Below are positions 1 through 10,700 of a stretch of DNA of 64,000 nt, piece by piece (position 1 is the first letter of the stretch; each line of letters opens with the position of its first letter). The DNA is from Gemmatimonadota bacterium (lineage in GTDB: Bacteria > Gemmatimonadota > Gemmatimonadetes > Gemmatimonadales > GWC2-71-9): positions 785-64,784 of the forward strand of contig JBDHJR010000022.1 in the NCBI GenBank assembly GCA_039586815.1. Reading direction: 5' to 3'. The notes beneath the pieces were generated by a model. It had not been told where the DNA came from and made no database searches. It saw nothing but the letters and a program-made list of their open reading frames with translations. A program made the translations under genes and the position numbers.

Positions 1-1821
1 CGGCGTGGGGATCTCGATCACCCGCGCGTAGTACACGGCGGGCTGCGAGGCGTCGAAGTCGGGATCGGTCCACACGCTGACGAACTCAGGCGCACCGATG
101 GTGTTGGTCCAGGTGGCGTTGGCGACATCGACCGTGTTGCCGACGGCTCGCTCGCACCGGTCGTCGCGGATGCGCCGGCCGTCGGAGCAAGCGACGTCGT
201 ACACCTTCTCGTGCCGCTCACCGCGACTGTCCAACCAGCCTTTCACGATCTGGATGCGGTCCAGATTGCCCGAGAACGGGTCCTTGAGCGCGGCCACGAG
301 GAACGTGGGCGCGCCGCCACCCGATCGCGCGGGCAGGTCGCCGCCCATTGGCACGCCCTTGTTGTAGCCAACTCCTCCCGGCATCCGCAGCTCCGCGTCG
401 GCCGCCGTGAACTCCCATCCGCCGAAGAACCGCACCAGCATACGCGGGCCGGTGGTCGCGTAGGTCTCCCGGCGCATCATGGCGTCGAAGATCGCCTCGC
501 GCGTGTTCTCAGTCGCCCACACGGCGGCGTAGCCGGAAGACACCATGTCCCAGCTCTCATACTTCTTGTCGCCAATCTGCGCCATGGGGTGCTTGTATCG
601 CTCGGGACTCGGCTCGGTGCCCGAGTGCTTGCCGAAGAAGTTCTCTTCTTCGGCGGTGGCCAGGCCCGTGTGGGAGTCGGTAGATCCGATCATGCCGAAC
701 TTGTACGGGTTGACCCCGAGCTGCCGCTCGAGCTGGAGCCCGACCTGGAGTCCCGACCGGGCGTACTCGTACTGCAGCATGTCGTTCTCTTTCGCCTCGC
801 TCAGGTCGAGATTGCCCTGGTCCCAGTTCTCGTAGTCGGCGAACTCGTCGTTGGGCGAGAGGTAGGGGTGGGCCTCGCCGTCCCCCTTGATCTGGGTGAC
901 CTCGTAAAGCGGCTCCCATTTGGCGCGCGTCTCGGCGTAGTCTCGGTCGAACGCCATGCCGGTGAACGTGTCCAGCATGGGGAACATGATGCCGTTGCTC
1001 AGGTTGCCGTTGTGCGCCAGCGCGAGGATCCGGCCGCCCGTCTTGTCCTCATACGCCTGCATCTGCTCCCACAGGTCGCGTGGGTTGTCGCTGCCTGCCG
1101 GCCTGAGCGTCGTGTACGGCAGGACGGCCGCTGCCTTGGTGCCGTCATCGCGGAAGATCACGACGCGGTGCAGGTTGTTGCCAGCCGTATTGGACGTCCA
1201 CTCGTAGCCGATGAACGCGGTGAACTTCCCCGGATCGTTGTACTCGTCCGCGGCGTCGATCATCTCCTCCCAGGCGTCCCGGTACGCCGGCGTTCCGGGT
1301 AGCGACGCCAGCGCCTGCGGGAACGTGTTGTCCGAGAACGCCTGGATGACCTCGACGGCGACCTGCACGCCCTGCCGACCACCAGCCCGAATCATCTCAT
1401 ACCATCGCTTGCCGGTCGGATCGGCGAGCATGTCCTGGTCGCCCGAGTACAGGCGTGGGAAGAACCCCATGTTGTCGGAGTGGTCGGCCACCACCAGGAA
1501 GTCCAGCGGCCGGCCCAGCTTAACCTGCTGGCCGGTCGAAGACGTCAGTTCCTCACCACGTGCGAAGCGGTAGGCGTCCTCGGGAGTGAGCCGTGCGCCG
1601 AACGCGCCGGCGTCCATGGAAAGACCAGTGTGCAGGTGCGTATCACCCCAGTACACATGAGTCGGGAAGTTTCGCCCCGCGTAGGGTGAGAAGTGTTTCT
1701 GCGCCTTGAAGGCGTCTTCCAGGCTCTCTGCCGGAGGAATCGGGTCCTGAGCGATGGCGGTGCCGGCACCGAGTGTGAGCAGCGCACTGAGCGTCGAGAG
1801 GACAATGAGAGGTCGCATCAT
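1..1821 (-). CDS. DUF3604-family secreted protein (3' end runs off the window; absent from supplied ORF track)
   Basis: Hand translation of the minus strand from ATG at 1821 gives MMRPLIVLSTLSALLTLGAGTAIAQD (signal peptide), then FPTHVYWGDTHLHTGLSMDAG. The frame stays open to position 1 (607 codons). The YWGD.HLHT metal-site motif is typical of DUF3604. Confidence 0.8.
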   Translation of the reverse strand, partial: MMRPLIVLSTLSALLTLGAGTAIAQDPIPPAESLEDAFKAQKHFSPYAGRNFPTHVYWGDTHLHTGLSMDAGAFGARLTPEDAYRFARGEELTSSTGQQVKLGRPLDFLVVADHSDNMGFFPRLYSGDQDMLADPTGKRWYEMIRAGGRQGVQVAVEVIQAFSDNTFPQALASLPGTPAYRDAWEEMIDAADEYNDPGKFTAFIGYEWTSNTAGNNLHRVVIFRDDGTKAAAVLPYTTLRPAGSDNPRDLWEQMQAYEDKTGGRILALAHNGNLSNGIMFPMLDTFTGMAFDRDYAETRAKWEPLYEVTQIKGDGEAHPYLSPNDEFADYENWDQGNLDLSEAKENDMLQYEYARSGLQVGLQLERQLGVNPYKFGMIGSTDSHTGLATAEEENFFGKHSGTEPSPERYKHPMAQIGDKKYESWDMVSSGYAAVWATENTREAIFDAMMRRETYATTGPRMLVRFFGGWEFTAADAELRMPGGVGYNKGVPMGGDLPARSGGGAPTFLVAALKDPFSGNLDRIQIVKGWLDSRGERHEKVYDVACSDGRRIRDDRCERAVGNTVDVANATWTNTIGAPEFVSVWTDPDFDASQPAVYYARVIEIPTP

Positions 1822-1903
1822 ATCACTCCTGTGAGTTGTCTTCGCGCCTGTCGGCGCGGTGCACTGGCTATCACCAGGGCGGGTGCGACGGCGATGTCGC
1901 GCG

Positions 1904-2746
1904 CTACCCTACCGGAATCGTGAACGAGGCGTTGACACGGACCTTGTGCTTGGCTGCCGCCCCCGGCCAGTCGTCGGTGGCGAAATCGGTCGCGTACTCG
2001 ACATAGAAGTTCCAGGAGTTCTTGGGGCGAACCAGGACGTAGCCGACGCGTGCGCCAACGGGGACCTTCCATCCGCCGAACTCCCAGCTGTACTGCGCCT
2101 GCAGGTCGTTGGTGCCGGCGTACCAGCCGCCCCCGAGCTGCACGTTGATGAACGGGTTGATGATGAGGGGATTGGCGCCGGTCTCGGTCGAGTCGGTAGG
2201 CACGGGCTGGCCCAGGTCCACCACGTCACGCTGCCCCCACGTCTGCTGCAGCAGCAGCCCCACCATCATCTTCTCATTGAAGAACCGCTGAATCAGCACG
2301 CCCGCCAAACCGTAGGCCCACTCGTCGCTCCCTACCTTGGCGCTGCCGGGGAACACGATGTCGGGACCGATGCCGGTGCGACCGGTGGACCACTGGAACG
2401 GGACGATGAGCGCGAACAGGTCGGTCGGGGACAGGCCCCACTCGCCGGCGCTGTTCTCGGCCACGCGCACGGAGAGGCGGGGCAGGATGGTCACCTTGCC
2501 GAGCGAGATCGGCGCGACCATGCGAAACTGAAAGAAGCCCTTGTTGCCCTCGGGGCGGATGTCGCCGGTGGCGAGCGTGTCCTGGCGGTAGTCGAACATC
2601 CGCTGATAGGCGAACTGGAAGGACCACTGCGCCGCAGTGTTGTCCAGCGCCATGGATTCGCGGGTTTGCTCCTGGGCCGCGAGCGGCGCAGCCGCGATCG
2701 CCAGGGCGAGCAGCGCCGAAACTCGAGTCAAACGCACGAAGTTCAT
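1904..2746 (-). CDS. putative outer-membrane beta-barrel protein
   Basis: Internal ATG at 2746 gives MNFVRLTRVSALLALAIAAAPLAAQE (signal peptide). The rest has alternating aromatic/Gly-rich strands (WSFQFAYQ, WNFYVEYATDF). Upstream part of the track ORF is Arg-rich junk. Confidence 0.55.
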   Translation of the reverse strand: MNFVRLTRVSALLALAIAAAPLAAQEQTRESMALDNTAAQWSFQFAYQRMFDYRQDTLATGDIRPEGNKGFFQFRMVAPISLGKVTILPRLSVRVAENSAGEWGLSPTDLFALIVPFQWSTGRTGIGPDIVFPGSAKVGSDEWAYGLAGVLIQRFFNEKMMVGLLLQQTWGQRDVVDLGQPVPTDSTETGANPLIINPFINVQLGGGWYAGTNDLQAQYSWEFGGWKVPVGARVGYVLVRPKNSWNFYVEYATDFATDDWPGAAAKHKVRVNASFTIPVG

Positions 2747-2948
2747 AGTGATGACCTTCTTGATGAGTGTTCGTGACGCAGCCGAGCCGTCGCGCAGCCC
2801 CTCTCCGCGTACCCTTGCCCGAGGCCTGCGAAATCTCCGCCCGGGTACATGTACCTGCAAGTGCAGTGAACTCTGTTGTTGCTGGTGTGTAGCGTCTGAG
2901 CTGCTGGAAGCGCCGAACGTTCGTTCGGTTGACCGCTAGGGGAATCCC

Positions 2949-3611
2949 CTAAGGCGTTACGATCCTCACCCCGTCGGGCACCTCGAACCGCAACTCGGCG
3001 GTCGGAATCGGCGCGTTCGCTTGCAGGTTCGCGAGCACCAGTGTGCGTCGCTGCCCCGAAGCCTCGGTCACCTTGATGCGCCTGAGCAGACCGTCGCTGC
3101 GGGCGATGGCGATCTCGGCGTCGCGAAACGGCATGTCGTCGCGCTTGGGCACGAGATACACCACGTCGGTGACCTCGTTCCCCACAGTCTCCTCGCCCAC
3201 GTAGCGGGCTTCGTAGCGCTCCAGCGGACGGTTGACGAACTGCCCGATGAGCTGAGGGGATGAGGGGCCGTAACGCGGGATCGATTGGCGGATCACCTGG
3301 TCGGGCACGCTGCTGGGCGCGAACGCCCAGAGCCACTCGCCGTCCGCCACCACCCGCTCGCCCGCGGGCTGGGTCCAGCGCATGGCGAAGCGCTCCGGCG
3401 GATCGAGGAAGAGCAATCCGCGCGTAACCTCTGGATCACCGAGCATGGGGTTCACCAGGATCTGCGCGAACTCGGCGGTGAGCGTGTTGGTGGCACGGTA
3501 GGCGCGCTCGGCGCGGTCGAGTGCGGTCGCGGCGTCCTGTGCGGTGAGGGGGCTCGCAGTCGCGAGGAGCGCTACGAGCGTGATCGTGTGTGTGGCTAGA
3601 GTGCGACTCAC
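2949..3611 (-). CDS. lolA: LolA-like outer-membrane lipoprotein carrier protein
   Basis: GTG at 3611 overlaps the aroF stop (GTGA). Signal peptide VSRTLATHTITLVALLATASPLTAQD, then a LolA-like pattern (TLTAEFAQ..., PERFAMRW, DGEWLWAFAP). Confidence 0.7.
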   Translation of the reverse strand: MSRTLATHTITLVALLATASPLTAQDAATALDRAERAYRATNTLTAEFAQILVNPMLGDPEVTRGLLFLDPPERFAMRWTQPAGERVVADGEWLWAFAPSSVPDQVIRQSIPRYGPSSPQLIGQFVNRPLERYEARYVGEETVGNEVTDVVYLVPKRDDMPFRDAEIAIARSDGLLRRIKVTEASGQRRTLVLANLQANAPIPTAELRFEVPDGVRIVTP

Positions 3612-4651
3612 GCGCTCGCCGCCGGCAGCGGCTCGGCCACAGTGCGCCCGATGGCGTCGGCGATCACCCGAATCTCCTGCATCAGGTCGGCGAACTGCTC
3701 GGGGTAGAGGCTCTGCGCTCCGTCGGACAGCGCACGGTCGGGCTGGGGATGCACCTCCACCATCACGCCGTCGGCACCGGCGGCAACCGCAGCCCGAGCC
3801 ATGGGGGTCACCTTGTCGCGCCGGCCCGTGGCGTGACTGGGGTCGGCGATGATCGGCAAGTGCGAGAGTCCGTGGACCACGGCGATGGCGGCGAGGTCGA
3901 ACACGTTGCGCGTGGAGTTGTCGAACCCGCGGACACCGCGCTCGCACAGGATCACGTCGTGATTGCCCTCGGCCAGGACGTACTCGGCGGAGAGCAGCAG
4001 CTCGTTGATGGTCGCCGCGATGCCCCGCTTGATCAGTACCGGCTTGCCGGCGCGTCCGGCGCGCTTGAGCAGCGAGAAGTTCTGCATGTTGCGCGCACCG
4101 ATCTGGATGACGTCGGCGTACTCGGCCACCAGGTCCACTCCCTCGGGGTCCAACGCCTCGGTCACCACCAGGAGCCCGGTCTCTTCCCGCGCCTTGGCCA
4201 GCAGCTTGAGGCCTGCCTCACCCAGTCCCTGGAACGAGTAGGGTGAGGTGCGTGGCTTGAACGCACCGCCCCGCAGCATCGCGGCTCCCGCGGCGCGCAC
4301 CGTTTGGGCGGTCGCCAATATCTGCTCTTCGCTTTCCACGGAGCACGGACCCGCAATCACCACCACCTCGTCGCCGCCGATGCGCAGCCCGCCGGGCAGC
4401 TGCACCACAGTGGATTCCGCTTTCCACTCGCGCGACACCTGCTTGTACGGCTGCGTGACGTGGATGATCTCCTTGACACCGGGCAGCGCGGCCAGGCGGG
4501 ACGCGTCCACGCGACCGTCGTTGCCGACCAGGCCGACGGCCGTGCGCTGCTTGCCCGGCATGGGCCGGGCCTCGTAGCCGAGCTCCTCGATGGTATCCAC
4601 GACGCGCTTGACTTCATCCTTCGTCGCGCCGTGCTGCATTACAACCAGCAT
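3608..4651 (-). CDS. aroF: 3-deoxy-7-phosphoheptulonate (DAHP) synthase, type I-beta with N-terminal regulatory domain
   Basis: Motifs GAFKPRTSPYSFQGLG, IGARNMQNF, ADPSHATGRRD. An N-terminal ~70-aa ferredoxin-like extension is present. Confidence 0.9.
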   Translation of the reverse strand: MLVVMQHGATKDEVKRVVDTIEELGYEARPMPGKQRTAVGLVGNDGRVDASRLAALPGVKEIIHVTQPYKQVSREWKAESTVVQLPGGLRIGGDEVVVIAGPCSVESEEQILATAQTVRAAGAAMLRGGAFKPRTSPYSFQGLGEAGLKLLAKAREETGLLVVTEALDPEGVDLVAEYADVIQIGARNMQNFSLLKRAGRAGKPVLIKRGIAATINELLLSAEYVLAEGNHDVILCERGVRGFDNSTRNVFDLAAIAVVHGLSHLPIIADPSHATGRRDKVTPMARAAVAAGADGVMVEVHPQPDRALSDGAQSLYPEQFADLMQEIRVIADAIGRTVAEPLPAASA

Positions 4652-4653
4652 GG

Positions 4654-5418
4654 TCAGGTCCCTATGACAAAACGGTCGCCGTCCTGAGCGGCGACGATCT
4701 CACCGTCGAACTGCCGGGCGGCCACTTCCGCCGGGTCGGTATCGCCGAACACCGGGTAGAAGTGCGTCAGCACCAGCCGCCCGGCCCCCGCCGCCCGCGC
4801 CAGAGCGCCGGCCTGGGAGGGCGTTAAATGTAGCTCGACGGCTCGCTCGTCGGGTAGCGAACACTCGGCCAGCAGCAGGTCGCATCCCGCGGCCCACTGG
4901 GCGAGGGCGTCGCTCGGTCCCGTATCTCCTGTGTACACCAGGTGGGCGTCGCCGGTTCGGACGGCGTAGGCCACACTTTCCGCCGTGTGCGGCGTGTCGC
5001 AGGCCTCGAGCGCTACGCCGGCGGCCAGATCCACAGCATCGCCGGGGGCGATCTCGACCACCTGCAGCGGGAACTCGGGCTCAACCACCCAGTCGCCGAA
5101 CGCGCCCGCCAGCCGCTCCAGGCGCAGCCGCATGCCGGGTGGCCCGAGCAGGGTGAGCGGAGCGGTGCGGGACGGCTCCACCCCCCAGCGCAGCGCGAAA
5201 AGGTACGGTGCCAGCTCGCCCCAGTGATCGGGGTGGAAGTGGGTGATGGCCACGTGTGTCACGGTGGCCCACGGCACCCCGAACTCCGCGGCCCTGTGCA
5301 TCGTGCCGGCGCCGCAGTCGAGCAGCAGCTTGACCGGTCCGGCCTCCACCCAATGGGCCGGTGCCGTGCGCTCGGCCGTCGGCGCCACCGTGCCGCTCCC
5401 CAGCACCACTAGCTGCAT
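4654..5418 (-). CDS. MBL-fold metallo-hydrolase (RNase Z-like)
   Basis: Internal ATG at 5418 overlaps the stop of the S8 gene (ATGA). Motifs LLLDCGAG and THFHPDHWGE (HxHxDH). Confidence 0.8.
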   Translation of the reverse strand: MQLVVLGSGTVAPTAERTAPAHWVEAGPVKLLLDCGAGTMHRAAEFGVPWATVTHVAITHFHPDHWGELAPYLFALRWGVEPSRTAPLTLLGPPGMRLRLERLAGAFGDWVVEPEFPLQVVEIAPGDAVDLAAGVALEACDTPHTAESVAYAVRTGDAHLVYTGDTGPSDALAQWAAGCDLLLAECSLPDERAVELHLTPSQAGALARAAGAGRLVLTHFYPVFGDTDPAEVAARQFDGEIVAAQDGDRFVIGT

Positions 5419-7700
5419 CAGAATTCCGCTCCCATGAACACGATGCGCTTGAAGAAGGTGCCCTCGGGCGCGACCAGCCGCACCAGGTAGATGCCCTGCG
5501 GTACCGTCGACCCGTCGGCCGCCGTGCCGTCCCACTGGAGGTTCAGGTCGCAGCTTCCGCTCTGGCCCACGGCCGGACGACCGTAACGGCCAGCGTCGAG
5601 GTTGGAAGAGAATGCGGGGCCGGGAACGAACGTGCGCACTACGTGCCCCCGGGTGTCCAGGATGTCGAGCCGTGTCTCGCCGCCCTGGGCCAGGTCGAAC
5701 CAGATGCAGGTGGTGCGCTGTCCGGTCGTGCGGTTGGGAAACGGGTTGGGGAAGTTCTGGAACAGCAGCGTCACCGCGGGCACGGAGTCGTCGATTATCA
5801 CGAAGGTGCCCTCGCTCTCGGTGATGGCGCTGTCGGGTGCCAGGTGCGCCGTCACCTGCCAGCGGTAAGGCGTGTTCCGCTCCAGGTCCTCCTGCGGCAC
5901 GTACTCCGTGTCGGTGAGCCCCAGCTCCTCGATCTCGACCTCGTCGTCTGAGTCGCGGATCACCAGGAGATCGTACACGAATGGTCCCGGCGGCTCGATC
6001 GCGTCGGGCGAGGACCAGTCGAACGTGGGCCGCGGATCGCGAATCGTGATGCCGGCCGGCTCGTTGAGCGTGAGCAGCTCCGCCCAGAGCGGCACCACGT
6101 GCTCGGCGCTGGGAATCGTCATGTACGTGACGCCGTCCTCGGCGGTAACGGTGACCGTGTAGCTGACCCTGAGGCCGGGCCCGAGTGGTGTTGCGAGGGT
6201 CACCGACGGGTTGGTCACGGTCGTATCGAGCAGTGGGGTGGGAGCACCCTGGGCCGCCACGCGCAGCCGGTAGGTTAGCGGCAATGCGAAACCGGGAACA
6301 CCGGGCACCGTCCAGGCAAACGTGGGGGTGACGCTGGTGAGCACGGTGTCGGCCGGCGTCGTAACCACGATGCCGTTGGGGAAGTATGCTGCCGCTGCGC
6401 CGTCGGGCCGGCCCCACCCGCGGGAGGAGTCGGGCGCGGCGGCGTTGCTGCCGGTGCGGCGCAGCGCATCGCGCACGTAGATGGGCGATCCCAGCGGATG
6501 CAGCTCGCGGAACAGCGCGGTAGTGCCGGCGAGCAGCGGAGTAGCGAAGGAAGTGCCGCTCACCCGCAGGAAGCCGCTGCCGAGGGGCGGGGGGTCCACC
6601 ACGTACACCGAGCGCCCCGGTGCCGTGAGGTCGGGCTTGAGCCTGGCGTCGGCCGTGGGGCCTCGCGAGCTGAACGACTGCACCACGCCGACCGAGTCTT
6701 CCGCCCCCACCGTGATTACCGAGTCGCCGTCACCGGGGGTGGTGAGCGTGCGGAAGGCGGGCCCGCGGTTGCCCGCTGCGTTCACCACCAGGATGCCGCG
6801 CGCCACTGCGGAATCCGCCGCCACCGTCGTCACGGCCACGTCGCCGTTCAAGTCTTCGGGTTGGTAGCTGAAGCCGTCGTCGAAGTCGAGGTACACCAGG
6901 CTGGACGACACGATGTCCACGCCGATGGAGTCGGCCCACTCGAGGCCCGCCACCCAGCGGTCCTCGTCGGGCCGGTTCTCCGAGCGCACGTCCTCGGTCT
7001 TGGCGAGCAGGTAGGTAGCCTCCGGTGCCACTCCGATGATCTGGTTGGGCAGGTTCGCCGCGAGCAGCGACCAGACCTGCGTGCCGTGGCGTGACTGGCC
7101 CGGGTCGTCGGCCGCCTCGTTGCGCACTACGGGGTCGCCGAAGATGAAGTCCCACTGCGCCCCGACGGTGGCCGAGTCGAACGCCGCATTCTGCGTCTCG
7201 AACCCGGTGTCGAGTATGGCGATGGTCAGGCCCGCGCCGCGGAACCCCCGCTCCACCAGAGGGAAGAGGCCGAGCCGGCGAAACGGCATGCTCGAGGGGC
7301 CGTACAGCGCGATCAGAGAATCCAGGTCGGCCGGCGCGCGCGGCGGTGCCGCTCCGGGTCGCGGCGCCCCACGGGGGAGGGGCAGCGGTGGATGCGAGCG
7401 CGCCACCGGCTGCAGGTGGCGGAACTCGCGCCGCGTGCCCGCCACCGCGATGGCCCCGCTCGGAATGTCGGCCGACACGGCGTGCAGCCAGCGACTGCGG
7501 TGCCGCACCCGGCCCTGCACCTGTGCCACCGCAGCGGCGACCTCGTCGAGCGAGCGGTCGGGCGCGCCGAAGAACCATACGGTGACCACGGAGTCGCGCC
7601 GCAGCATCGACTCGAGCGCGCGGGAGACGGTGGGTTGTTGGGCGTGCGCCGTCGCCCCGCCACCGAGCAGGGCGGCGAGGAGCAGGGCGGTGGGTCTCAA
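5418..7700 (-). CDS. secreted S8 (subtilisin-like) serine peptidase with C-terminal T9SS/FlgD-Ig-like sorting domain
   Basis: Signal peptide RPTALLLAALLGGGATAHAQQ. Catalytic triad motifs AILDTGF, HGTQVWS, SGTSFATPLLAG. C-terminus LFQNFPNPFP...GIYLVRL...FFKRIVF. TTG start overlaps the smc stop (TTGA). Confidence 0.85.
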   Translation of the reverse strand: MRPTALLLAALLGGGATAHAQQPTVSRALESMLRRDSVVTVWFFGAPDRSLDEVAAAVAQVQGRVRHRSRWLHAVSADIPSGAIAVAGTRREFRHLQPVARSHPPLPLPRGAPRPGAAPPRAPADLDSLIALYGPSSMPFRRLGLFPLVERGFRGAGLTIAILDTGFETQNAAFDSATVGAQWDFIFGDPVVRNEAADDPGQSRHGTQVWSLLAANLPNQIIGVAPEATYLLAKTEDVRSENRPDEDRWVAGLEWADSIGVDIVSSSLVYLDFDDGFSYQPEDLNGDVAVTTVAADSAVARGILVVNAAGNRGPAFRTLTTPGDGDSVITVGAEDSVGVVQSFSSRGPTADARLKPDLTAPGRSVYVVDPPPLGSGFLRVSGTSFATPLLAGTTALFRELHPLGSPIYVRDALRRTGSNAAAPDSSRGWGRPDGAAAAYFPNGIVVTTPADTVLTSVTPTFAWTVPGVPGFALPLTYRLRVAAQGAPTPLLDTTVTNPSVTLATPLGPGLRVSYTVTVTAEDGVTYMTIPSAEHVVPLWAELLTLNEPAGITIRDPRPTFDWSSPDAIEPPGPFVYDLLVIRDSDDEVEIEELGLTDTEYVPQEDLERNTPYRWQVTAHLAPDSAITESEGTFVIIDDSVPAVTLLFQNFPNPFPNRTTGQRTTCIWFDLAQGGETRLDILDTRGHVVRTFVPGPAFSSNLDAGRYGRPAVGQSGSCDLNLQWDGTAADGSTVPQGIYLVRLVAPEGTFFKRIVFMGAEF

Positions 7701-10700
7701 GTGCCGGTCTGTGCTGCTCGCCCCAGACGCACGCCTACGATGGTCGAGACTCCGGGCTCCTGCATGGTGACCCCGTAGACCGCGTCGGCGACCTGCATGG
7801 TGCGGGGGTTGTGGGTTATGACGATGAACTGGGTCTCGTCCTTGAACTCCTCGAGCAGCCGCACGAAGCGCATCACGTTGGCGTCGTCCAGCGGCGCATC
7901 CACCTCGTCGAGCAGGCAGAAGGGCGCCGGCTTCGTGAGGTAGATGGAGAAGAGCAGTGAGATCGCCACCAGCGCCCGCTCACCGGAGGAGAGCAGATGA
8001 ATGCGCTGGATGCGCTTGCCGCGCGGCGCTGCCTGGATCACGATGTCGCTCTCCAGCGGCGCGCTCTCGTCGGCCAGGCGCACGTCGCACTCGCCGCCTT
8101 CGAACAGCGTGGTGAACACGGAGCGGAAGTTCTCCCGTACCGCCGTGAACGTCTCGAGGAACATCTCGCGGGCGGTCTGGTCGATCTCCCGCAGGGCCTG
8201 CTGCAGGGAGTTGCGGGCCGATACCAGGTCTTCGCGCTGGGACTGAAGGAAGTCGAGGCGCTGCTTCTCCTCGGCGTGCTCCTGCACGGCGAGTGGGTTC
8301 ACCGGTCCCATCTGCTCGAGCTCGCGCGCCAGGTCGTCGGCCTCCCGCCGCAGCGTCTCCAGCTCACCCTCCACCTCGGGCGCCTCCGCCAGCAGCGTCT
8401 CGAACGGCTTGTGCCACTCCGCCTCGACCCGCTCGGTGAGCGCACGACGCCGGCCGGCCGCTTCGGTGAGCTCGAGCTCCAGGTGATGCAGCTCCTCGTT
8501 GAGGCGGTCTGCCTCGGCGCGGGTCTCCTCGAGTCCGTGTTCTTCGCTCTCGAGTATCTCGCCCGCCGCCGCAGCTGCGGTCTCGGCCTCGCGGGTGGCA
8601 TCCTCCAGCTGCTGCACCGCGACGCGGCGCTCACTCAGCGTGTCGGTCCACTCGCCCCGCTGCTCGGTGAGGGAGCCGGTGTTGCCCTCGATCTCCGCCA
8701 GCTCGGTGGTGAGGCGCTCGCTCGCGCTGCGGGCCTCGTCGAGCGCTTGGCGCGCCCGCTGCTCGCGCTCGATGGCGGCCTGCTCGCGCGCGGAGACCTG
8801 TGCCTCCTCCACCTGCCAGTGCACGCGCCGCTCGCGGGCCGCCTCCTGCACTGACTCCACGTCCGCCAGGGCCGTCTGTTGCGCGCGCAGGTCCTCCGTC
8901 ATACGGGTCCGTGCCGCTTCGCCGGCAGCCTGCCCCTCGGTCACCTCCTGGCGCCGCGCCTGCCGCTCGGCGTTGCGTTCCCGCAGGCGCGCAACGGCCT
9001 GGTCCGCCTCGCCGCGCTCGCGCTCGGCCCGGTGCAGGTGTCTGCCCGCGTCGTCGCTCGCTCCCTGGGCTTCGCGCAGACCCGTGCGGGCTCGGTTGCC
9101 GCGCTCCGTGGCTTCCTCCAGTGCCCGCTCCGCCTGGCCGTGGGCCTCGGCCGCCTGCTGAGCGCGCCGCGTGAGATCTTCGAGCCTGCCATTGGCTTCG
9201 TCGAGCCTGCGGCCCAGCTCGTCCAGCTCCGCGCGGCGGCTGAGTGGCCCTGCGGTCTCCGTTCCCGGGAGGAACACTGCGCCGTTGGCGCGCCGCACGA
9301 GGCGGCCCTCGGCGTCGTGTGCCCGGCTGCCCGATAGCAGCGCCGCGACCCAGGGCCCGGCCGGGGCGGTGACGCTGAGCTCAGGGGGCGTGCCCGGTGT
9401 TGGGCTTGGGCCCGGCTCGGCCGGGAGCAGCACCAGTGGCCCGGGATTGGTGCGCGCGTGCCATGCCGTCACCGCCTCGACGGTCGCCTCGTCCCGCACC
9501 AGCACGGCTTGCAGCCAGTCGGCCAGCAGCCGCTCGGTGACGCGGGCCTCGTCAGGTGAAAGGGAGAGGAAGTCGCTGAGCGGTCCGAGGATCGCTCCCT
9601 CGCCGAACTCCTGCCGCGCCGCCAGGAGGGCGCGGGCCGCCGGGGCCATGCCCTCCCGCTTGCGCTCCAGTTCGGCCAGCGCCTCGCGCCGTGCCGAGAG
9701 CTGAGCGATCGACTCCTCCACCTCGCGTCGTTCCACCCGCACGGCCGCCTCGTGCTCCCGCGCCGCCGCCAGGCTGTGCCGCGCGCGCTCCAGCTCGGCG
9801 CCCGCTTCCCGCTCGTCGCGCTCCCGCTCGGCGAGGGCCGAGCGGGCGGCCTCGAGCGCGTCGCGTGCCGCGGTGTGCTCCTGCTGGGCCACCCGCAACC
9901 GCTCCTCTGCCTCTGCCTGCTGGTGTCCCAGCTCCCCCAGCTCGCCTTCGAGTGCGGTCAGCTCGCCGCTCAGGGCCCGCGAGTTCTCGGCCGTGCGCTG
10001 CAGCGCGGACTCCAGCTCGCGCACCTGATCCCGCTGCTGCTGCAGTCGCTGGCGCGCCTCGCTCTCGGACGCGGTGCGCAGGTCCAGTTCCGTCTGCACC
10101 GATTGGCGGGCCGTCTCCGCGGCCTGCCGTTCGGCGGCCGCCGCCTCGAGCTCCCGCTCGGCATGCTGCGCCCTGGCCTCGGCCTGGGTGCGCTCCTCGA
10201 TAGCGCGGCCGCGCCGGGACGAGAGATGTTCGAGCCGCTCGGCCGCCACGTTCATGTCGCCCTCGAGGCGCTCCAGCTCCACGCGCGTCTCGCCCAACCG
10301 TCGCTCCAGCTCGGTGCGTCGCGCCTCGGCTGCGCCGCGCTCCTGGACCCGTGTCTCGCGCCGCCGCTCCCGATCGGCGATCGTCTGTCGCACCTCCGGG
10401 ATGCGCAGCTGAAGCGCCTCGCGGCGCTGCTGCAGGTCCGCATGGCGGACGTCGAATGCCTCCAGCTCCCGCCGCGTCAGTGTCATCACGATGGCGAAGC
10501 GCTGCTCCGAGTACTGCCGGTGCCGCTCGGCCTTGCCCCGCTGCCGCGAAAGGCTGCGCACCTGGGTGTGCACCTCGCCGATCAGGTCGTCGAGGCGCTG
10601 CAGATCGGCGCCCGTGCGCTCCAGCCGACGCTCGGTGCTCGCCTTGCGGTCGCGATACAGGCCGATGCCCGCCGCCTCCTCGAACAGGGAGCGGCGCTCG

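Noticed and set aside
211-1302. 363-aa plus-strand ORF (and 98-367, 545-835, 956-1207, 1211-1573)
   Set aside because: It is antisense to the DUF3604 gene. The composition is dominated by Arg/Gly/Val/His/Leu as expected for the wrong frame of GC-rich DNA. No motifs and no RBS.
3612-3947. N-terminal extensions of longest ORFs (also ends at 6417, 12885, 14396, 14785, 28636, 31411, 34959, 42870, 43462)
   Set aside because: Each extension overlaps the 3' end of the upstream gene in another frame and is Arg-rich junk. In each case an internal ATG/GTG/TTG sits on or next to the upstream stop (4-nt overlap) and is followed at once by a signal peptide or a conserved N-terminus.
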